Source: Thermodesulfobacteriota bacterium (GTDB lineage: Bacteria; Desulfobacterota; Binatia; Bin18). Taken from it: a DNA stretch of 64,000 nt. Location of the stretch: NCBI GenBank assembly GCA_964291405.2, contig OZ219926.1:800001-864000 (forward strand), read 5' to 3'. Shown piece after piece: positions 38,757-49,880 of this stretch (the stretch's first letter is position 1; every line of letters begins with the position of its first letter). The notes beneath the pieces are model-generated. The model was not told the origin of the DNA and ran no database searches. It saw only the letters and a list, made by a program, of their open reading frames with translations. The position numbers and the translations under genes were made by a program.

Positions 38757-39134
38757 GTGCCACCGTCTGAGATGCCCCCTTCAGTCACTATTGCCCAATT
38801 GGGAGAGATCGAGCCGGGAAAGACCAAAAAATTTATGCTGTCAGTCGAGGGACGAGAGACCGAATGTTTTGTGGTGAACTACGATGGCCAGTACTTCGCG
38901 TACATCAACCGTTGTGCGCACGTGCCCATGACCATGGACTGGATCGATAACCAATTCTTGACCGAAGACGGTCGCTATATCCTGTGCGCAACGCATGGGG
39001 CGGCTTTTGAGCCGGATACGGGAGAATGTGTGTTTGGTCCGCCGTGCGGAAAATTTTTAGTCCGCGTGCCGCTCACCATAGACGGCGACCGGATTCTGGC
39101 TGGTCAGCCGATTGAAGATGAGATAATCGACTGA
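38757..39134 (+). CDS. Rieske [2Fe-2S] ferredoxin
   Basis: NRCAH and LCATHGAAF..TGEC..GP. Confidence 0.9.
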   Translation: MPPSEMPPSVTIAQLGEIEPGKTKKFMLSVEGRETECFVVNYDGQYFAYINRCAHVPMTMDWIDNQFLTEDGRYILCATHGAAFEPDTGECVFGPPCGKFLVRVPLTIDGDRILAGQPIEDEIID

Positions 39135-39202
39135 TTCGTTGCCCCCGTCGAGCCGTCGGGAGCTGGGGGTAGACTATTGACACCCGCTTCCGCACTCAGC
39201 CG

Positions 39203-39454
39203 TTATTCCCACTCGTCACCGAAGTGGGCGCGTAGCAGGCGTTGTTTGAGATAGTCCAGACTACCAAGGTCTTCGATGATATCGCCGCCGGTATCATAAA
39301 AGAAAATCTCACCGCGCTTATTGCGTCCGATCGCCACCAGCCATTCGAGCTCATCGCGATCTTCCAGCAAGTAATTGATGGTCTGTGAGACCCCTTTGGC
39401 AGGGATCAGCGTGACTTTTGAAGAGTGTGGTTTTTCTTGTGTGTTTGATGGCAT
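39203..39454 (-). CDS. Hypothetical protein
   Basis: 83-aa ORF with GGAG RBS, co-oriented with rlmD. Confidence 0.55.
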   Translation of the reverse strand: MPSNTQEKPHSSKVTLIPAKGVSQTINYLLEDRDELEWLVAIGRNKRGEIFFYDTGGDIIEDLGSLDYLKQRLLRAHFGDEWE

Positions 39455-39527
39455 ATTCTATCTCCACCGAAGCGCTTTTCCAGGTGCGGTACGGGGATGT
39501 TGCAGGAAGCATAGGAGGCTGTTTTCA

Positions 39528-40835
39528 TCAAGTCAATACAGCAATCGCGATTGTTTCAACGTGGTAGGTATGGGGGAAAAGGTCGACGGGCTGGAGGCAC
39601 TCAACCCGGTATCCCAATTGGCCGAGACGGTGCAGATCACGGGCGAGTGTCGTGGGGTCGCACGAGACATAGACCACCTTTTGAATCTTCAGTCGAGGGA
39701 TATCGTCGAGGCTATCGGCGGCTCCCGCCCGAGGCGGGTCCAGCACCAGGATATCAGCCTCTACCTTGCGCTGGACTAATGTTTGCAGCCCGACTCGGGC
39801 CGAGGCATGAACAAAGGTCACATTGTCCAGCCCCGTCCGGACAACGTTCTCGCGAGCGTCGGCAAGCGCATGCGGGTCCTGTTCGATGCCGATGAGCGCG
39901 CTGACCCGCCTGGCAATCGGCAGGCTCAGATTACCGGCGCCCGTATGACATTCAATCACTTTTTGTGACTCATTAAAATCGCTCAGCCGAAGAAGAGCGG
40001 CGATCAGGAGTCGGTTGCCCGCAGGGTTGACCTGCGTAAACCCGCCCCGCTTCACCTCCAGAATCAGGTCGTCAACGCCCAGGTCCAGCACAATACGGGT
40101 CTCACCCCACACGCGGCGCCAGCCGCGGCCAAAGAGTATCAACCCGGCCACATCGTCGTGTCTGGCGACAAAGGCCGTGCATTCTTCCTCATCATCGGCC
40201 TGAAAATGCCCTTGCGCATTCCCGATCAGAACCACCCCGCCGGTCGCCGCCCGGAGCGGGTCGCTCGTGATCAGCTCGATGCGTCGTACGATGGTCCGTA
40301 ACCGGGTCAGCCAGGCGCGGGCGCGCGCCAAATGCGTCGCACAGTCCTCTCCGGCAATGAGACAGTCCCCGAGTTCGACCAACTCGTGCGACTGGGACTG
40401 ATAAAAGCCGAGCCGGGTAGGCGGTTCGGTCCGCAGACGGATACGATGGCGATAGCGCCACTCCTGCGGACTGGGAAGAATCGGGAGTACGGGCGGGTCC
40501 TCCACACCTCCAATACGCCGCATATGCTCTCGAACGAGCGCCTCCTTGGCCCTGAGTTGTTCCGCATAGGTCACATGCTGCCACGGGCAACCACCGCAGC
40601 GCGGCACATAGCGACACGGCGGCATCCGCCGGGCCGGGCCAGGTTGCCGGACAGCGACAAGGTGGCCGTGTGCGTACCGTTTTTTTTCTTCGGTCAGGAC
40701 AACATCCACCCGGTCCCCAGGGGCCGTCTGCGGGATAAAGACGACTTTCCCTCCGTCTTTGCCGTTCACCCGGCCGACGCCCGCCGGACCGTAGGACAGC
40801 CTGTCAATTGAGAGCGGGATGGGAACCGAGGGCAT
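39528..40835 (-). CDS. rlmD: 23S rRNA (uracil-C5)-methyltransferase RlmD family
   Basis: TRAM domain, C..CGGC.WQH, FTQVN, LDPPRAG, YVSCDPTTLARD, DLFPHTYHVE. Confidence 0.9.
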   Translation of the reverse strand: MPSVPIPLSIDRLSYGPAGVGRVNGKDGGKVVFIPQTAPGDRVDVVLTEEKKRYAHGHLVAVRQPGPARRMPPCRYVPRCGGCPWQHVTYAEQLRAKEALVREHMRRIGGVEDPPVLPILPSPQEWRYRHRIRLRTEPPTRLGFYQSQSHELVELGDCLIAGEDCATHLARARAWLTRLRTIVRRIELITSDPLRAATGGVVLIGNAQGHFQADDEEECTAFVARHDDVAGLILFGRGWRRVWGETRIVLDLGVDDLILEVKRGGFTQVNPAGNRLLIAALLRLSDFNESQKVIECHTGAGNLSLPIARRVSALIGIEQDPHALADARENVVRTGLDNVTFVHASARVGLQTLVQRKVEADILVLDPPRAGAADSLDDIPRLKIQKVVYVSCDPTTLARDLHRLGQLGYRVECLQPVDLFPHTYHVETIAIAVLT

Positions 40836-40939
40836 GCGACCTTCAACTTGGGCTTTTTCTTTATCGGACGGCCACTCACCCACAGACTGCGAGCAACTGG
40901 TATTCCTGGCTTATGTTAATATGTGGTAGGAGACAAGCC

Positions 40940-41374
40940 ATGCTCACCATCCGTCGCGGAAGACGAACCGACCTCACCGCCTGCCAGACGATGCTCTTCC
41001 CGGACACCCCTGACGAGGAGTGGCGCCAAGCGGAAGTTCGTCACTGGCGGCGCCTCGCTCGGGACCCAGCGCTCGACTTCTACGTGGCCCAGCATGCCGG
41101 CGTGCTCCAGGGTATGATTCTGATCAACTATATTCGTCGCCTCCGCCGCTCCGGTTGGCTGGCAGTTGTCGATATCGCGGTCTTACCTTCTGCGCCGGCG
41201 CGGGTCGGGCAAGCGTTACTCAATTTCGCAAAGGAGCGGGCCCAGAAACGGGAGTGTCCCAGCGTGGTCTGGCTGCCGTGTTCGGGCCAGTCAACAGCGC
41301 AACTTCTCCCCGCCTTTTTCAGGGATAGTGGCTTTCAACAGGTCGGAGAGTTCTGGTCGTGCCCCCTAGAATAG
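40940..41374 (+). CDS. GNAT-like N-acetyltransferase
   Basis: TIRRG..DL start, VGQALL.FA, FFRDSGFQ. Confidence 0.55.
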   Translation: MLTIRRGRRTDLTACQTMLFPDTPDEEWRQAEVRHWRRLARDPALDFYVAQHAGVLQGMILINYIRRLRRSGWLAVVDIAVLPSAPARVGQALLNFAKERAQKRECPSVVWLPCSGQSTAQLLPAFFRDSGFQQVGEFWSCPLE

Positions 41375-41469
41375 GAGTTGGCGGATGGATAACACCGCGC
41401 CAGACACCAGTCCCCTACTTGACCCTGGAACCCGGCCCGAGCTATTAGGAAGCGAATAGTGCGACGTGT

Positions 41470-41546
41470 CGGGGTGTGGCTCAGCCTGGTAGAGCACACG
41501 GTTCGGGACCGTGGGGTCGCTGGTTCAAATCCAGTCACCCCGACCA
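41470..41546 (+). tRNA. tRNA-Pro(CGG)
   Basis: CGGGGTG acceptor stem, anticodon arm CACGG-TTCGGGA-CCGTG, GGTTCAAATCC, encoded CCA. Confidence 0.97.
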
Positions 41547-41618
41547 TTGCTCTCTCGCTTTCCAGGAACTCGGACATATCCGCCAGTTATACTGACGGGT
41601 GAGGCAGACTCGGACATC

Positions 41619-42242
41619 ATGCTCTCAGACCCCGACCTGGACGTTCTGATCTTTTCCAGTGTTGCGGCCTATCTGTGCGGCTCTATTCCAACTGGTGCGC
41701 TCATCGCCAAACGACAGGGGATCGCTGTCCAGGAGGCGGGGAGTGGTAATATAGGGGCAACGAATGTTGCGCGTACGGCAGGGAAAAAGGCCGGCATACT
41801 GACCCTCATAGGGGATATCCTCAAAGGTCTCTTCCCCGTTCTCATTATCCGCTGGCTAGGACTGGGCGAGGTTGTTCAGGCCAGTGCTGCCGCGATGGCA
41901 ATTCTGGGTCACCTTTTTCCTGTCTTTCTCCGTTTTATGGGTGGTAAGGGGGTTGCCACCGGGCTGGGCGTTTTCTTGGGCCTCGCACCAATAGCCATCC
42001 TGACGGCACTGCTCGGTTTTGTCCTGGTGTTTGTGGTGTTCCGTATTGTCTCGCTTGCATCTCTTGTGGCGGCAGCGCTCACACCCTGCTTCATCTTCTT
42101 TTTCGCCTACCCGCGGCCTGTTCTTCTTGCGGGCATCGTGATCGCCGGGCTGATTATTGTCCGTCATCACGACAATATCGTGCGTCTGCTGAAAGGTGAG
42201 GAACAAAAGTTTCGGGCAGAAAAGTCGGTCCCTTCTGCCTAA
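41619..42242 (+). CDS. plsY: Glycerol-3-phosphate acyltransferase
   Basis: GSIPTG, GSGNIGATN, DILKG, GH.FP..GGKGVAT, RHHDNI.RL. Confidence 0.95.
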   Translation: MLSDPDLDVLIFSSVAAYLCGSIPTGALIAKRQGIAVQEAGSGNIGATNVARTAGKKAGILTLIGDILKGLFPVLIIRWLGLGEVVQASAAAMAILGHLFPVFLRFMGGKGVATGLGVFLGLAPIAILTALLGFVLVFVVFRIVSLASLVAAALTPCFIFFFAYPRPVLLAGIVIAGLIIVRHHDNIVRLLKGEEQKFRAEKSVPSA

Positions 42243-42270
42243 AAAAAGTGCGTTGCCTGGGAACTAGGCA
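42236..42270. promoter_or_regulatory. Tandem NtrC-like enhancer sites
   Basis: TGCCT-N7-GTGCG and TGCCT-N7-AGGCA upstream of the sigma54 promoter. Confidence 0.55.
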
Positions 42271-42334
42271 GCATGAGCCCCCTGTATCTATGCTGTTTCT
42301 TAAGGAATTTCCCGCTCCTGAGGCCTGTGCAGAC

Positions 42335-42350
42335 TGGCATTTGTCTTGCT
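42335..42350 (+). promoter_or_regulatory. Sigma54 -24/-12 promoter of glnB-glnA
   Basis: TGGCAT-TTGTC-TTGCT with canonical spacing. Confidence 0.8.
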
Positions 42351-42432
42351 CATATTCATGAGAGTGCCGTAAGGTGGATTACGCCCTCCGCAGTACGCCT
42401 GTCCGCTTTACATGTTGCATATTTTATTTTAG

Positions 42433-42804
<372 letters not shown>

Positions 42805-42864
42805 TGCCGACCGCGAGCATCTGCACGGAACATCATTGCTAGTGTAAGGAGGAAAAGAGTCACT

Positions 42865-44277
42865 ATGACGCCACAAGAAGCTATCGCTCTGGCAAAGGAA
42901 ACGGGTGCTGAGTTAGTCGACCTCAAGTTCATGGACCTGATCGGGACCTGGCAACATTTCACCATACCGCTGAGTGAATATAACGAAGACCTGTTCGAGG
43001 ACGGATCAGGTTTTGACGGCTCTTCGATTCGCGGCTGGCAGCCGATTAACGCCTCGGACATGCTGGTCATGCCCGACCCCAGCACAGCGGTCATGGACCC
43101 GTTCTACGAACGGCCGACGCTCAGCCTGCTCTGCAATATCGTGGACCCGATCACGCGTGAGCCGTACTCGCGCGATCCGCGCGGCATCGCCAAGAAGGCT
43201 GAAGCTTATGTCCAGTCCGGTGGGTTCGGCGAAGTAGCGTATTTCGGACCTGAGCCGGAATTCTTCATCCTTGACGAAGTCCGTTTCGATCAGAATGCGT
43301 ACGAAGGCTATTATCACGTCAATTCGATTGAAGGCGTCTGGAACTCCGGCCGGGAAGAAGGCCCCAATCTTGGCTATAAGCCCCGGCACAAAGAAGGCTA
43401 CTTTCCGGTATCGCCCCTCGACTCGTATCAAGACGTCCGGACTGAGATGGTTCAGATGATGGAGCAGGTTGGAATTCGAGTTGAGAAGCACCACCACGAG
43501 GTCGCCACCGCTGGCCAAGCGGAGATCGACCTGCGCTTCCTGCCCCTGGTCCAAATGGCCGATGCGCTGCAATGGTATAAATATATTGTCAAAAACGTGG
43601 CCAAGAGACATGGGAAAACCGCGACCTTTATGCCCAAGCCAGTCTTTGGTGACAATGGCTCGGGCATGCATACCCACCAGTCGGTCTGGAAGGACGGCAA
43701 TCCGCTCTTCGCCGGTGATAGCTATGGCGGCATGAGCGAATTTGCCATGCACTATATTGCCGGCATCCTGGCCCACGCGCCGGCCATTTGTGCTTTTGCC
43801 GCCCCAACGGCCAATTCCTATCGTCGCCTGGTTCCGGGATTTGAAGCGCCGGTCAACCTGGCCTACTCTTCCCGCAACCGTTCGGCAGCCGTGCGTATTC
43901 CCATGTATTCCATGAGTCCCAAGGCGAAGCGCATTGAGGTTCGCTTTCCGGATGCAACCAGCAATGGCTATCTGGCCTTCTCGGCGATGCTGATGGCTGG
44001 TCTCGACGGAGTTGAGCGGAAGCTGAACCCAGGCGATCCACTGGATAAAGACATTTATGCCCTGACCCCCGAAGAGCTGGCCCATGTCCCATCCGTGCCC
44101 GGCTCACTGCCGGAGGCCCTGGACGCCCTGGAAAAAGATCATGATTTTCTGTTAAAGGGAGATGTGTTTACCCAGGATGTGGTAGAGACGTGGGTCGAAT
44201 ACAAACGGACCCAGGAGATTGACGAACTCCGCCTGCGACCCCATCCCTACGAATTTGCGCTGTACTACGACGCCTAA
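42865..44277 (+). CDS. glnA: Glutamine synthetase type I
   Basis: [42 protein letters not shown] adenylylation site. Confidence 0.98.
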   Translation: MTPQEAIALAKETGAELVDLKFMDLIGTWQHFTIPLSEYNEDLFEDGSGFDGSSIRGWQPINASDMLVMPDPSTAVMDPFYERPTLSLLCNIVDPITREPYSRDPRGIAKKAEAYVQSGGFGEVAYFGPEPEFFILDEVRFDQNAYEGYYHVNSIEGVWNSGREEGPNLGYKPRHKEGYFPVSPLDSYQDVRTEMVQMMEQVGIRVEKHHHEVATAGQAEIDLRFLPLVQMADALQWYKYIVKNVAKRHGKTATFMPKPVFGDNGSGMHTHQSVWKDGNPLFAGDSYGGMSEFAMHYIAGILAHAPAICAFAAPTANSYRRLVPGFEAPVNLAYSSRNRSAAVRIPMYSMSPKAKRIEVRFPDATSNGYLAFSAMLMAGLDGVERKLNPGDPLDKDIYALTPEELAHVPSVPGSLPEALDALEKDHDFLLKGDVFTQDVVETWVEYKRTQEIDELRLRPHPYEFALYYDA

Positions 44278-44300
44278 AGCGGGCGATTCAGCCTTGCTAT

Positions 44301-44336
44301 AAAGCCCTGGAGGATGGAGTCTTCCAGGGCTTTTTT
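44301..44336 (+). terminator. Rho-independent terminator after glnA
   Basis: AAAGCCCTGGAGGA-TGGAG-TCTTCCAGGGC-TTTTTT. Confidence 0.85.
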
Positions 44337-44451
44337 CTTGTGCCAGACGCCTCGCCGCCTTGACAAAGCCAGGCGTCTCAGGCAGACAAGGGTGGCGTAA
44401 ACGCTCTGGTTTACTGAAAAAATTAGACCAACCAAACAAGGAGAAGAATCT

Positions 44452-45390
44452 ATGCTGCTCGATGAAAGAGTCGCTATTGTGACAGGAGCCGGACGTGGAA
44501 TCGGACGAGAAGAAGCCCTGCTCCTGGCAAAGAATGGAGCCAAGGTTGTGGTTAACGACTTGGGAGGCAGCTTCGATGGTACTGGCTCGGATGACAGCCC
44601 GGCCCAGCAGGTGGTCGACGAAATTAAAGCCGCGGGTGGCGAGGCCGTAGCGAATTTTGAAAGTGTCACTGACTTCGCGGGAGCCAAACGTATTGTCGAA
44701 TGTGCGCTCGATTCCTTTGGCAAACTCAATATTCTCGTCAACAACGCCGGTATCCTGCGCGACCGGATGATCTTCAATATGTCCGAAGACGAGTGGGACG
44801 CGGTCCTGAACGTCCACCTGAAAGGCTCTTTCAACTGTTCCCGCCACGCCTGCGAATACTGGCGCGAGCAGCATAAGCAGGGAAATCTTTTGAATGGCCG
44901 CGTGATTAACACGTCCTCGGACGCCGGTCTGCTCGGCAGCCCCGGTCAGCCCAACTACGGTCCGGCAAAAGCGGCGCTGGCCACTATGGCCATTATCGTT
45001 GACCGCGAGATGCAGAAATATGGGGTCACCGGCAATGCCATCGCCCCGCTTGCGCGCACGCGGATGACCGTGGACGCGACGCCGCAAACTGCTGGTCTGA
45101 TGGCCGGGCCGGAAGAAGAAGGCGCGCATGACTATTTTGATCCCGGCCATATTGCGCCGTTGGTCACTTGGCTGGCGAGTGAAGATGCGGCAGATGTCCA
45201 CGGCGAGGTGTTTCGGGTTGGTGGAGGCTGTGTGTGGCTGATGCAGGGTTGGCATTCCGTCGGAACCGTCAAGAAAAAAGGCATGTGGGACGCGGCCGAG
45301 TTGGGCGAGCAACTCAAGGTCGAACTGGCCAAGGGCAACACCGCCAAAGAAGACCTGGGATCGATATTCAAGTCCCTCAAACAGGACTGA
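44452..45390 (+). CDS. Short-chain dehydrogenase/reductase (hydroxyacyl-CoA dehydrogenase-like)
   Basis: TGAGRGIG, VVNDLG, NNAGILRD, YGPAK. Confidence 0.92.
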   Translation: MLLDERVAIVTGAGRGIGREEALLLAKNGAKVVVNDLGGSFDGTGSDDSPAQQVVDEIKAAGGEAVANFESVTDFAGAKRIVECALDSFGKLNILVNNAGILRDRMIFNMSEDEWDAVLNVHLKGSFNCSRHACEYWREQHKQGNLLNGRVINTSSDAGLLGSPGQPNYGPAKAALATMAIIVDREMQKYGVTGNAIAPLARTRMTVDATPQTAGLMAGPEEEGAHDYFDPGHIAPLVTWLASEDAADVHGEVFRVGGGCVWLMQGWHSVGTVKKKGMWDAAELGEQLKVELAKGNTAKEDLGSIFKSLKQD

Positions 45391-45472
45391 GTCCGCTGAC
45401 CTTAGACAGTCGGTACCAGAAGAGGAGGGCCGGACCTGCCCTTCTGGTCCGTCTCTCTTTGTACTCCAGGAC

Positions 45473-45985
45473 ATGCAGAACCCGGACATTCTTGTGAGCC
45501 AGCCATCTGCCTATAATATTCTTATTGTGTGCCACGCGAATACCAGCCGGAGCGTGATGGCCCATGTCCTCTTGGAAAAGATGTTGGTAGACCGCGATGT
45601 CCGGCATATTGACGTGCGCTCCGGTGGCATAGCCATTTACGCCAGGGATGGCATGATCGCGTCCCTTGACGCCTATTTCATTTTGCAGGAGCACGGAATT
45701 CAGATTAAGCGCGACGAGTTCGTTTCAACCGACCTCAAACGGCATCGAGAGCTTATTGCCGATGCCGACCTGATCCTGACTATGACGAATGAGCAGAAAT
45801 CCATGCTCGACGCCTATCCCGAAGCAGACGGCAAAGCGGCCTTTACGCTCAAGGAGTTTGCCGGCGAGCAGGGAGATATTGAGGACCCGGCCATGCAGGG
45901 CGAAGAGGCCTTTCGGGCGCGTATGGTCGAAATCAAACGTTGTCTTGAGCATTCGTTTGACGACCTCCTGCAACGGGCCGCGTGA
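45473..45985 (+). CDS. Low molecular weight phosphatase (LMW-PTP/ArsC fold)
   Basis: IVCHANTSRSVMA, ADLILTM, DIEDP. Confidence 0.8.
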   Translation: MQNPDILVSQPSAYNILIVCHANTSRSVMAHVLLEKMLVDRDVRHIDVRSGGIAIYARDGMIASLDAYFILQEHGIQIKRDEFVSTDLKRHRELIADADLILTMTNEQKSMLDAYPEADGKAAFTLKEFAGEQGDIEDPAMQGEEAFRARMVEIKRCLEHSFDDLLQRAA

Positions 45986-45990
45986 CCACT

Positions 45991-46425
45991 ATGGCGCAGT
46001 CGTCATCCTGGGCCGGTTTTACCAATCCGGCCGACGCTACGATCCGGGATATTCTGGCAACCCCGCGGACGATTGCCGTTGTCGGCTGTTCGCCTGACCC
46101 GAGTCGGGACAGCCATCAGATCGCGACCTTGCTCAAGGCCAAGGGCCATACGATTATCCCGGTGAACCCGCACTGCCAGGAGGTGCTGGGCGAGCAGTGT
46201 TTTCCGAGTCTGCGCGTCGTGCCGACTCGCATAGAGATGGTTGACGTGTTTCGGCGTTCGCAGTTCGTCGGCCAGGTCGCCGAGGAGTCCATAGCCGTAG
46301 GCGCGTCCGTACTGTGGCTGCAATTAGGCGTCATTGACCCTGCTGCGGCGCAGCGGGCACACGCGGCAGGGCTCACTGTGGTCATGGATCGCTGTCCGGC
46401 TATTGAATACCGGCGGCTGTTTTAG
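45991..46425 (+). CDS. CoA-binding protein
   Basis: IAVVGCSPDPSRDS, IPVNP, VDVFR, WLQLG, VMDRC. Confidence 0.9.
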   Translation: MAQSSSWAGFTNPADATIRDILATPRTIAVVGCSPDPSRDSHQIATLLKAKGHTIIPVNPHCQEVLGEQCFPSLRVVPTRIEMVDVFRRSQFVGQVAEESIAVGASVLWLQLGVIDPAAAQRAHAAGLTVVMDRCPAIEYRRLF

Positions 46426-46434
46426 CGTTGCGTT

Positions 46435-47007
46435 ATGTCCGATTCGCCACCGAGCAAGCTCAAGCCCTGGCAGCGTCTCGACTCTGAAACCGTCTATTCG
46501 TGTCGCATCTTTTCGCTGCAAAAGAACCGTTCCCGTTCGCCCCGGACAAACGAAGAGCATGACTTCTTCGTGCTCGACAGCGGTGATTGGGTCAATATCA
46601 TACCCGTGACAGCCGATGACCGCGTTGTGCTGATCCGGCAATATCGGCACGGGACGAACGATATGACCCTCGAAATTCCAGGGGGTATGGTTGACCAGGA
46701 AGACCCGTCACCGCTGCACGCCGCCCGTCGGGAGATGCAAGAAGAGACCGGCTACGACTCGGAGGACATTATTCCGCTGGGCGCGATCCACCCCAACCCG
46801 GCGATTCAGGGCAACCGCTGTCACAGCTTTCTGGCCCGTAATGTCGAACAACGCTTTGAGCCCAGCTTCGATACCACAGAAGAAACCGAGGTCATACTAG
46901 CCCCGCTTGTTGACATTCCTGACCTCATTCGCCAAGAACATATTACCCACGCGTTGGTTGTGGTTGCATTTCACTGGTACGACCTGCTCAAGCGTGGAAC
47001 TAAGTAA
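46435..47007 (+). CDS. NUDIX hydrolase (ADP-ribose pyrophosphatase-like)
   Basis: EIPGGMVD..AARREMQEETGY Nudix box, QYRHG. Confidence 0.9.
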   Translation: MSDSPPSKLKPWQRLDSETVYSCRIFSLQKNRSRSPRTNEEHDFFVLDSGDWVNIIPVTADDRVVLIRQYRHGTNDMTLEIPGGMVDQEDPSPLHAARREMQEETGYDSEDIIPLGAIHPNPAIQGNRCHSFLARNVEQRFEPSFDTTEETEVILAPLVDIPDLIRQEHITHALVVVAFHWYDLLKRGTK

Positions 47008-47017
47008 CTACCCTCTT

Positions 47018-48101
47018 TCAGCCTTCCCCGCCTAGATTTTCGCGCACCAGCCGACCCATTTCCTGGCAGCCAACCACCCGGCACTCGGGCTGGGCAATGT
47101 CAGGCGTGCGGTAGCCATTTCCCAGCACCTGATCAACTCGCCTCTTCAATCGCCAGGGCGGCCTCGTCCTGGCCAAAGGAGAGACGCAGCATGAGCGCGA
47201 TGGACAGAATCATGGCCAGCGGGTTGGCCTTGTCCTGACCCGCAATGTCCGGCGCCGTGCCATGAATGGGCTCAAACAGACCGCGGCTGCCTTCGCCCAG
47301 CGACGCAGAGGGCAGCAGGCCCATGGACCCGGCCAGCATTGAGGCTTCGTCTGTCAAGATATCGCCGAACATGTTTTCCGCGGCAATCACGTCAAAGTCG
47401 GCGGGTCGCCGGATCAAATGCATCGACATGGCGTCCACCAACACGTCTTCATACTCGACATCGGGGTACTCTTGGGCGACTTCATTGGCGACCTCGCGCC
47501 ACATACGTGAGGACGCCATGATATTGGCCTTATCGACCGAGGTGAGCTTCTTGCGCCGCTTCCGCGCCAAGTCGAATGAGGCCCGCATGAGTCGCTCGAC
47601 CTCTCCCTCGGTATAGAAAATCGTATCGACTGCCTCCCGCCCGGACGCGCCGGTCCGGCGTTCGCTCGGCCGGCCGTAATAGACGCCCCCGGTCAGTTCC
47701 CGGACGACCATGAGATCGACGCCTTCCAAGACTTCGGGTTTCAAGGTCGAGGCGTGCAGCAGATGGCGGTTGACCTGAACCGGCCGCAAGTTGGCAAAAA
47801 GTTCGAGCTCTTTGCGCAGCCCAAGAATAGCTTGCTCGGGTCGAACCGAGGCCTTCGGGTCGTCCCATTTCGGCCCTCCGACGGCACCAAGCAGGACGGC
47901 GTCGCTTTCTTTGGCAAGCCGCAGAGCCGAATCCGTCAGAGCCACACCGTGTTCGTCAATCGAGCAGCCGCCCGCCAAGGCCAACTCAAAAGAAAAGGCA
48001 ATGTCAAATTGTGAGCCAACAATCTCGAGGACCTTGATTGCCTCGCCCATGACCTCGGGACCAATACCGTCTCCGCCAAATACTGCAATATTATGCGCCA
48101 T
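47018..48101 (-). CDS. leuB: 3-isopropylmalate dehydrogenase (frameshift about 47137)
   Basis: [38 protein letters not shown]; C-terminus VDQVL..GYRTPDI..EMG in shifted frame. Confidence 0.95.
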
Positions 48102-48208
48102 GCTTTCTCCTTTTCGCCGGTCAAACCCATCACAAACGGGAGCACAAGCAAATAGGGGCGACCGTCTGGCCGCCCCTTGATACTCACCCGTCGTTACGCG
48201 GACGAGAC

Positions 48209-49762
48209 TTATGGCCCCTCGCGATGGACGCCGGACCGGTCTCCATAGCGTTCCATTTGAGCGAACTTATTGAGCGCATTGGTGAAGGCCAAGGCACTGG
48301 CCATAATAATGTCGGTGTGGGAGCCCTGGCCGTTCACGGAGGCTCCGTTTTTGCGCAGGAGGCACGAGACCTCGCCCTGGGCATCAGTCCCGCCGGTGAT
48401 GGATTTGACCGAGTAGCGCTCTAGCTTGAGGTCCATTTGCGCAATCTGGGCAATCGCCTTGTAGCAGGCGTCAACCATACCGTCGCCGGAGGCGTTCTCA
48501 ATCAATTCCTCGCCGTTCACCTTCATCTTCACGGTGGCATGCGGAACCGCCATGCTGGATGAGGTGACATTCATATACATCAGTTCGTACTTCTCGGGGA
48601 TACGGGCCGTCTCTTCCATCACAATCGCCATCAGGTCTTCGTCGTAGACGCTCTTTTTCTTGTCGGCCAGGGCCTTAAAACGCATGAAGGCCTTATTCAT
48701 ATCGGTCCCCGTGTAATCAATACCCAGGAATTTCAGCCGCTCAATAAAGGCGTGCCGACCCGAGTGTTTCCCTAAGACGAGTCTATTGCTGTCCAAGCCT
48801 ATCGTCTGAGGCTGCATGATCTCATAGGTCAGCTTGTATTTCAGGACGCCGTCCTGGTGAATGCCGGCCTCGTGGGCAAAGGCATTATCACCGACCACCG
48901 GCTTATTGATGGGAACGATGATGCCGGTAATTTGAGACAGGAGTTGACTGGAGGGGTAAATCTGCTCGGTCACGATCTGCGTGCCGACATTGGCGAATAC
49001 GTCCTCTCGCGTTCTGAGCGCCATGACGACTTCTTCCATGGATGTATTCCCCGCGCGTTCGCCTATGCCGTTAATCGTGCACTCCACTTGGCGGGCACCG
49101 TTCTCAATGGCCGCCAGGGAGTTCGCTACGGCCAAGCCCAAATCGTTGTGGCAATGCGCACTCCAGGTCACGTCTCCACCGCCGGGCACCGTTTCCCGCA
49201 GATACTGAAACAAGGCACCGAATTGATGGGGGATAGCATAGCCGGTCGTGTCCGGGACATTAATGGTCACGGCTCCGGCCCGAATGACCTCACCAAAAAT
49301 CTGGACCAGAAAGTCGCGATCCGTACGAGAGGCGTCTTCGGCTGAAAACTCGATATAGTCAAGGTGTTTTTTCGCGTACTCGACCGCCCAGACCGCGGCG
49401 TCAACGCACTCCTGACGACTCATCATGAGTTTATGTTTGAGATGAATATCGGAGGTGGCAATAAAAATATGCACCCCGGGGTGCTTGGCCTTCTCGACGG
49501 CCCGAATCGCGCGCCGAATATCGTCTTCCTTGGTGCGCGACAGACTCAAGACAATAGGCGTTGAGACGAGTTCGGCAACACGCCGGACCGATTCAAAGTC
49601 GCCCTCCGACGACGCGGCAAAGCCGGCCTCGATCACGTCCACATTGAGCTTTTCGAGCTGTCCGGCGACCATCACCTTTTCTTCAATATTCATGGTCGCG
49701 CCGGGCGACTGCTCACCGTCGCGTAGCGTGGTATCAAAAATCCTTACAAATTCGCGTTCCAT
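48209..49762 (-). CDS. leuA: 2-isopropylmalate synthase
   Basis: [52 protein letters not shown]. Confidence 0.96.
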   Translation of the reverse strand: MEREFVRIFDTTLRDGEQSPGATMNIEEKVMVAGQLEKLNVDVIEAGFAASSEGDFESVRRVAELVSTPIVLSLSRTKEDDIRRAIRAVEKAKHPGVHIFIATSDIHLKHKLMMSRQECVDAAVWAVEYAKKHLDYIEFSAEDASRTDRDFLVQIFGEVIRAGAVTINVPDTTGYAIPHQFGALFQYLRETVPGGGDVTWSAHCHNDLGLAVANSLAAIENGARQVECTINGIGERAGNTSMEEVVMALRTREDVFANVGTQIVTEQIYPSSQLLSQITGIIVPINKPVVGDNAFAHEAGIHQDGVLKYKLTYEIMQPQTIGLDSNRLVLGKHSGRHAFIERLKFLGIDYTGTDMNKAFMRFKALADKKKSVYDEDLMAIVMEETARIPEKYELMYMNVTSSSMAVPHATVKMKVNGEELIENASGDGMVDACYKAIAQIAQMDLKLERYSVKSITGGTDAQGEVSCLLRKNGASVNGQGSHTDIIMASALAFTNALNKFAQMERYGDRSGVHREGP

Positions 49763-49788
49763 AACGTCCTCCTCAGTATTGTCCATAT

Positions 49789-49820
49789 AAAAAAAGGGCT
49801 GCGAGTATACCCGCAACCCT
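49789..49820 (-). terminator. Attenuator terminator upstream of leuA
   Basis: AGGGTTGCGGG-TATA-CTCGCAGCCC followed by a T7 run, just before the leuA RBS. Confidence 0.85.
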
Positions 49821-49880
49821 CTCAAACAAGAGGCCACGGATCAGAATTTCCGCCCGTGGCCTCCAAGAGTCTGGTGTGAC

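Noticed and set aside
41470-41620. Island integrated at tRNA-Pro or tRNA-Leu
   Set aside because: No integrase and no duplicated tRNA 3' end in the window; flanks are core genes
47133-47135. TGA in leuB as selenocysteine
   Set aside because: Homology resumes in a different frame, so this is a frameshift and not a recoded stop
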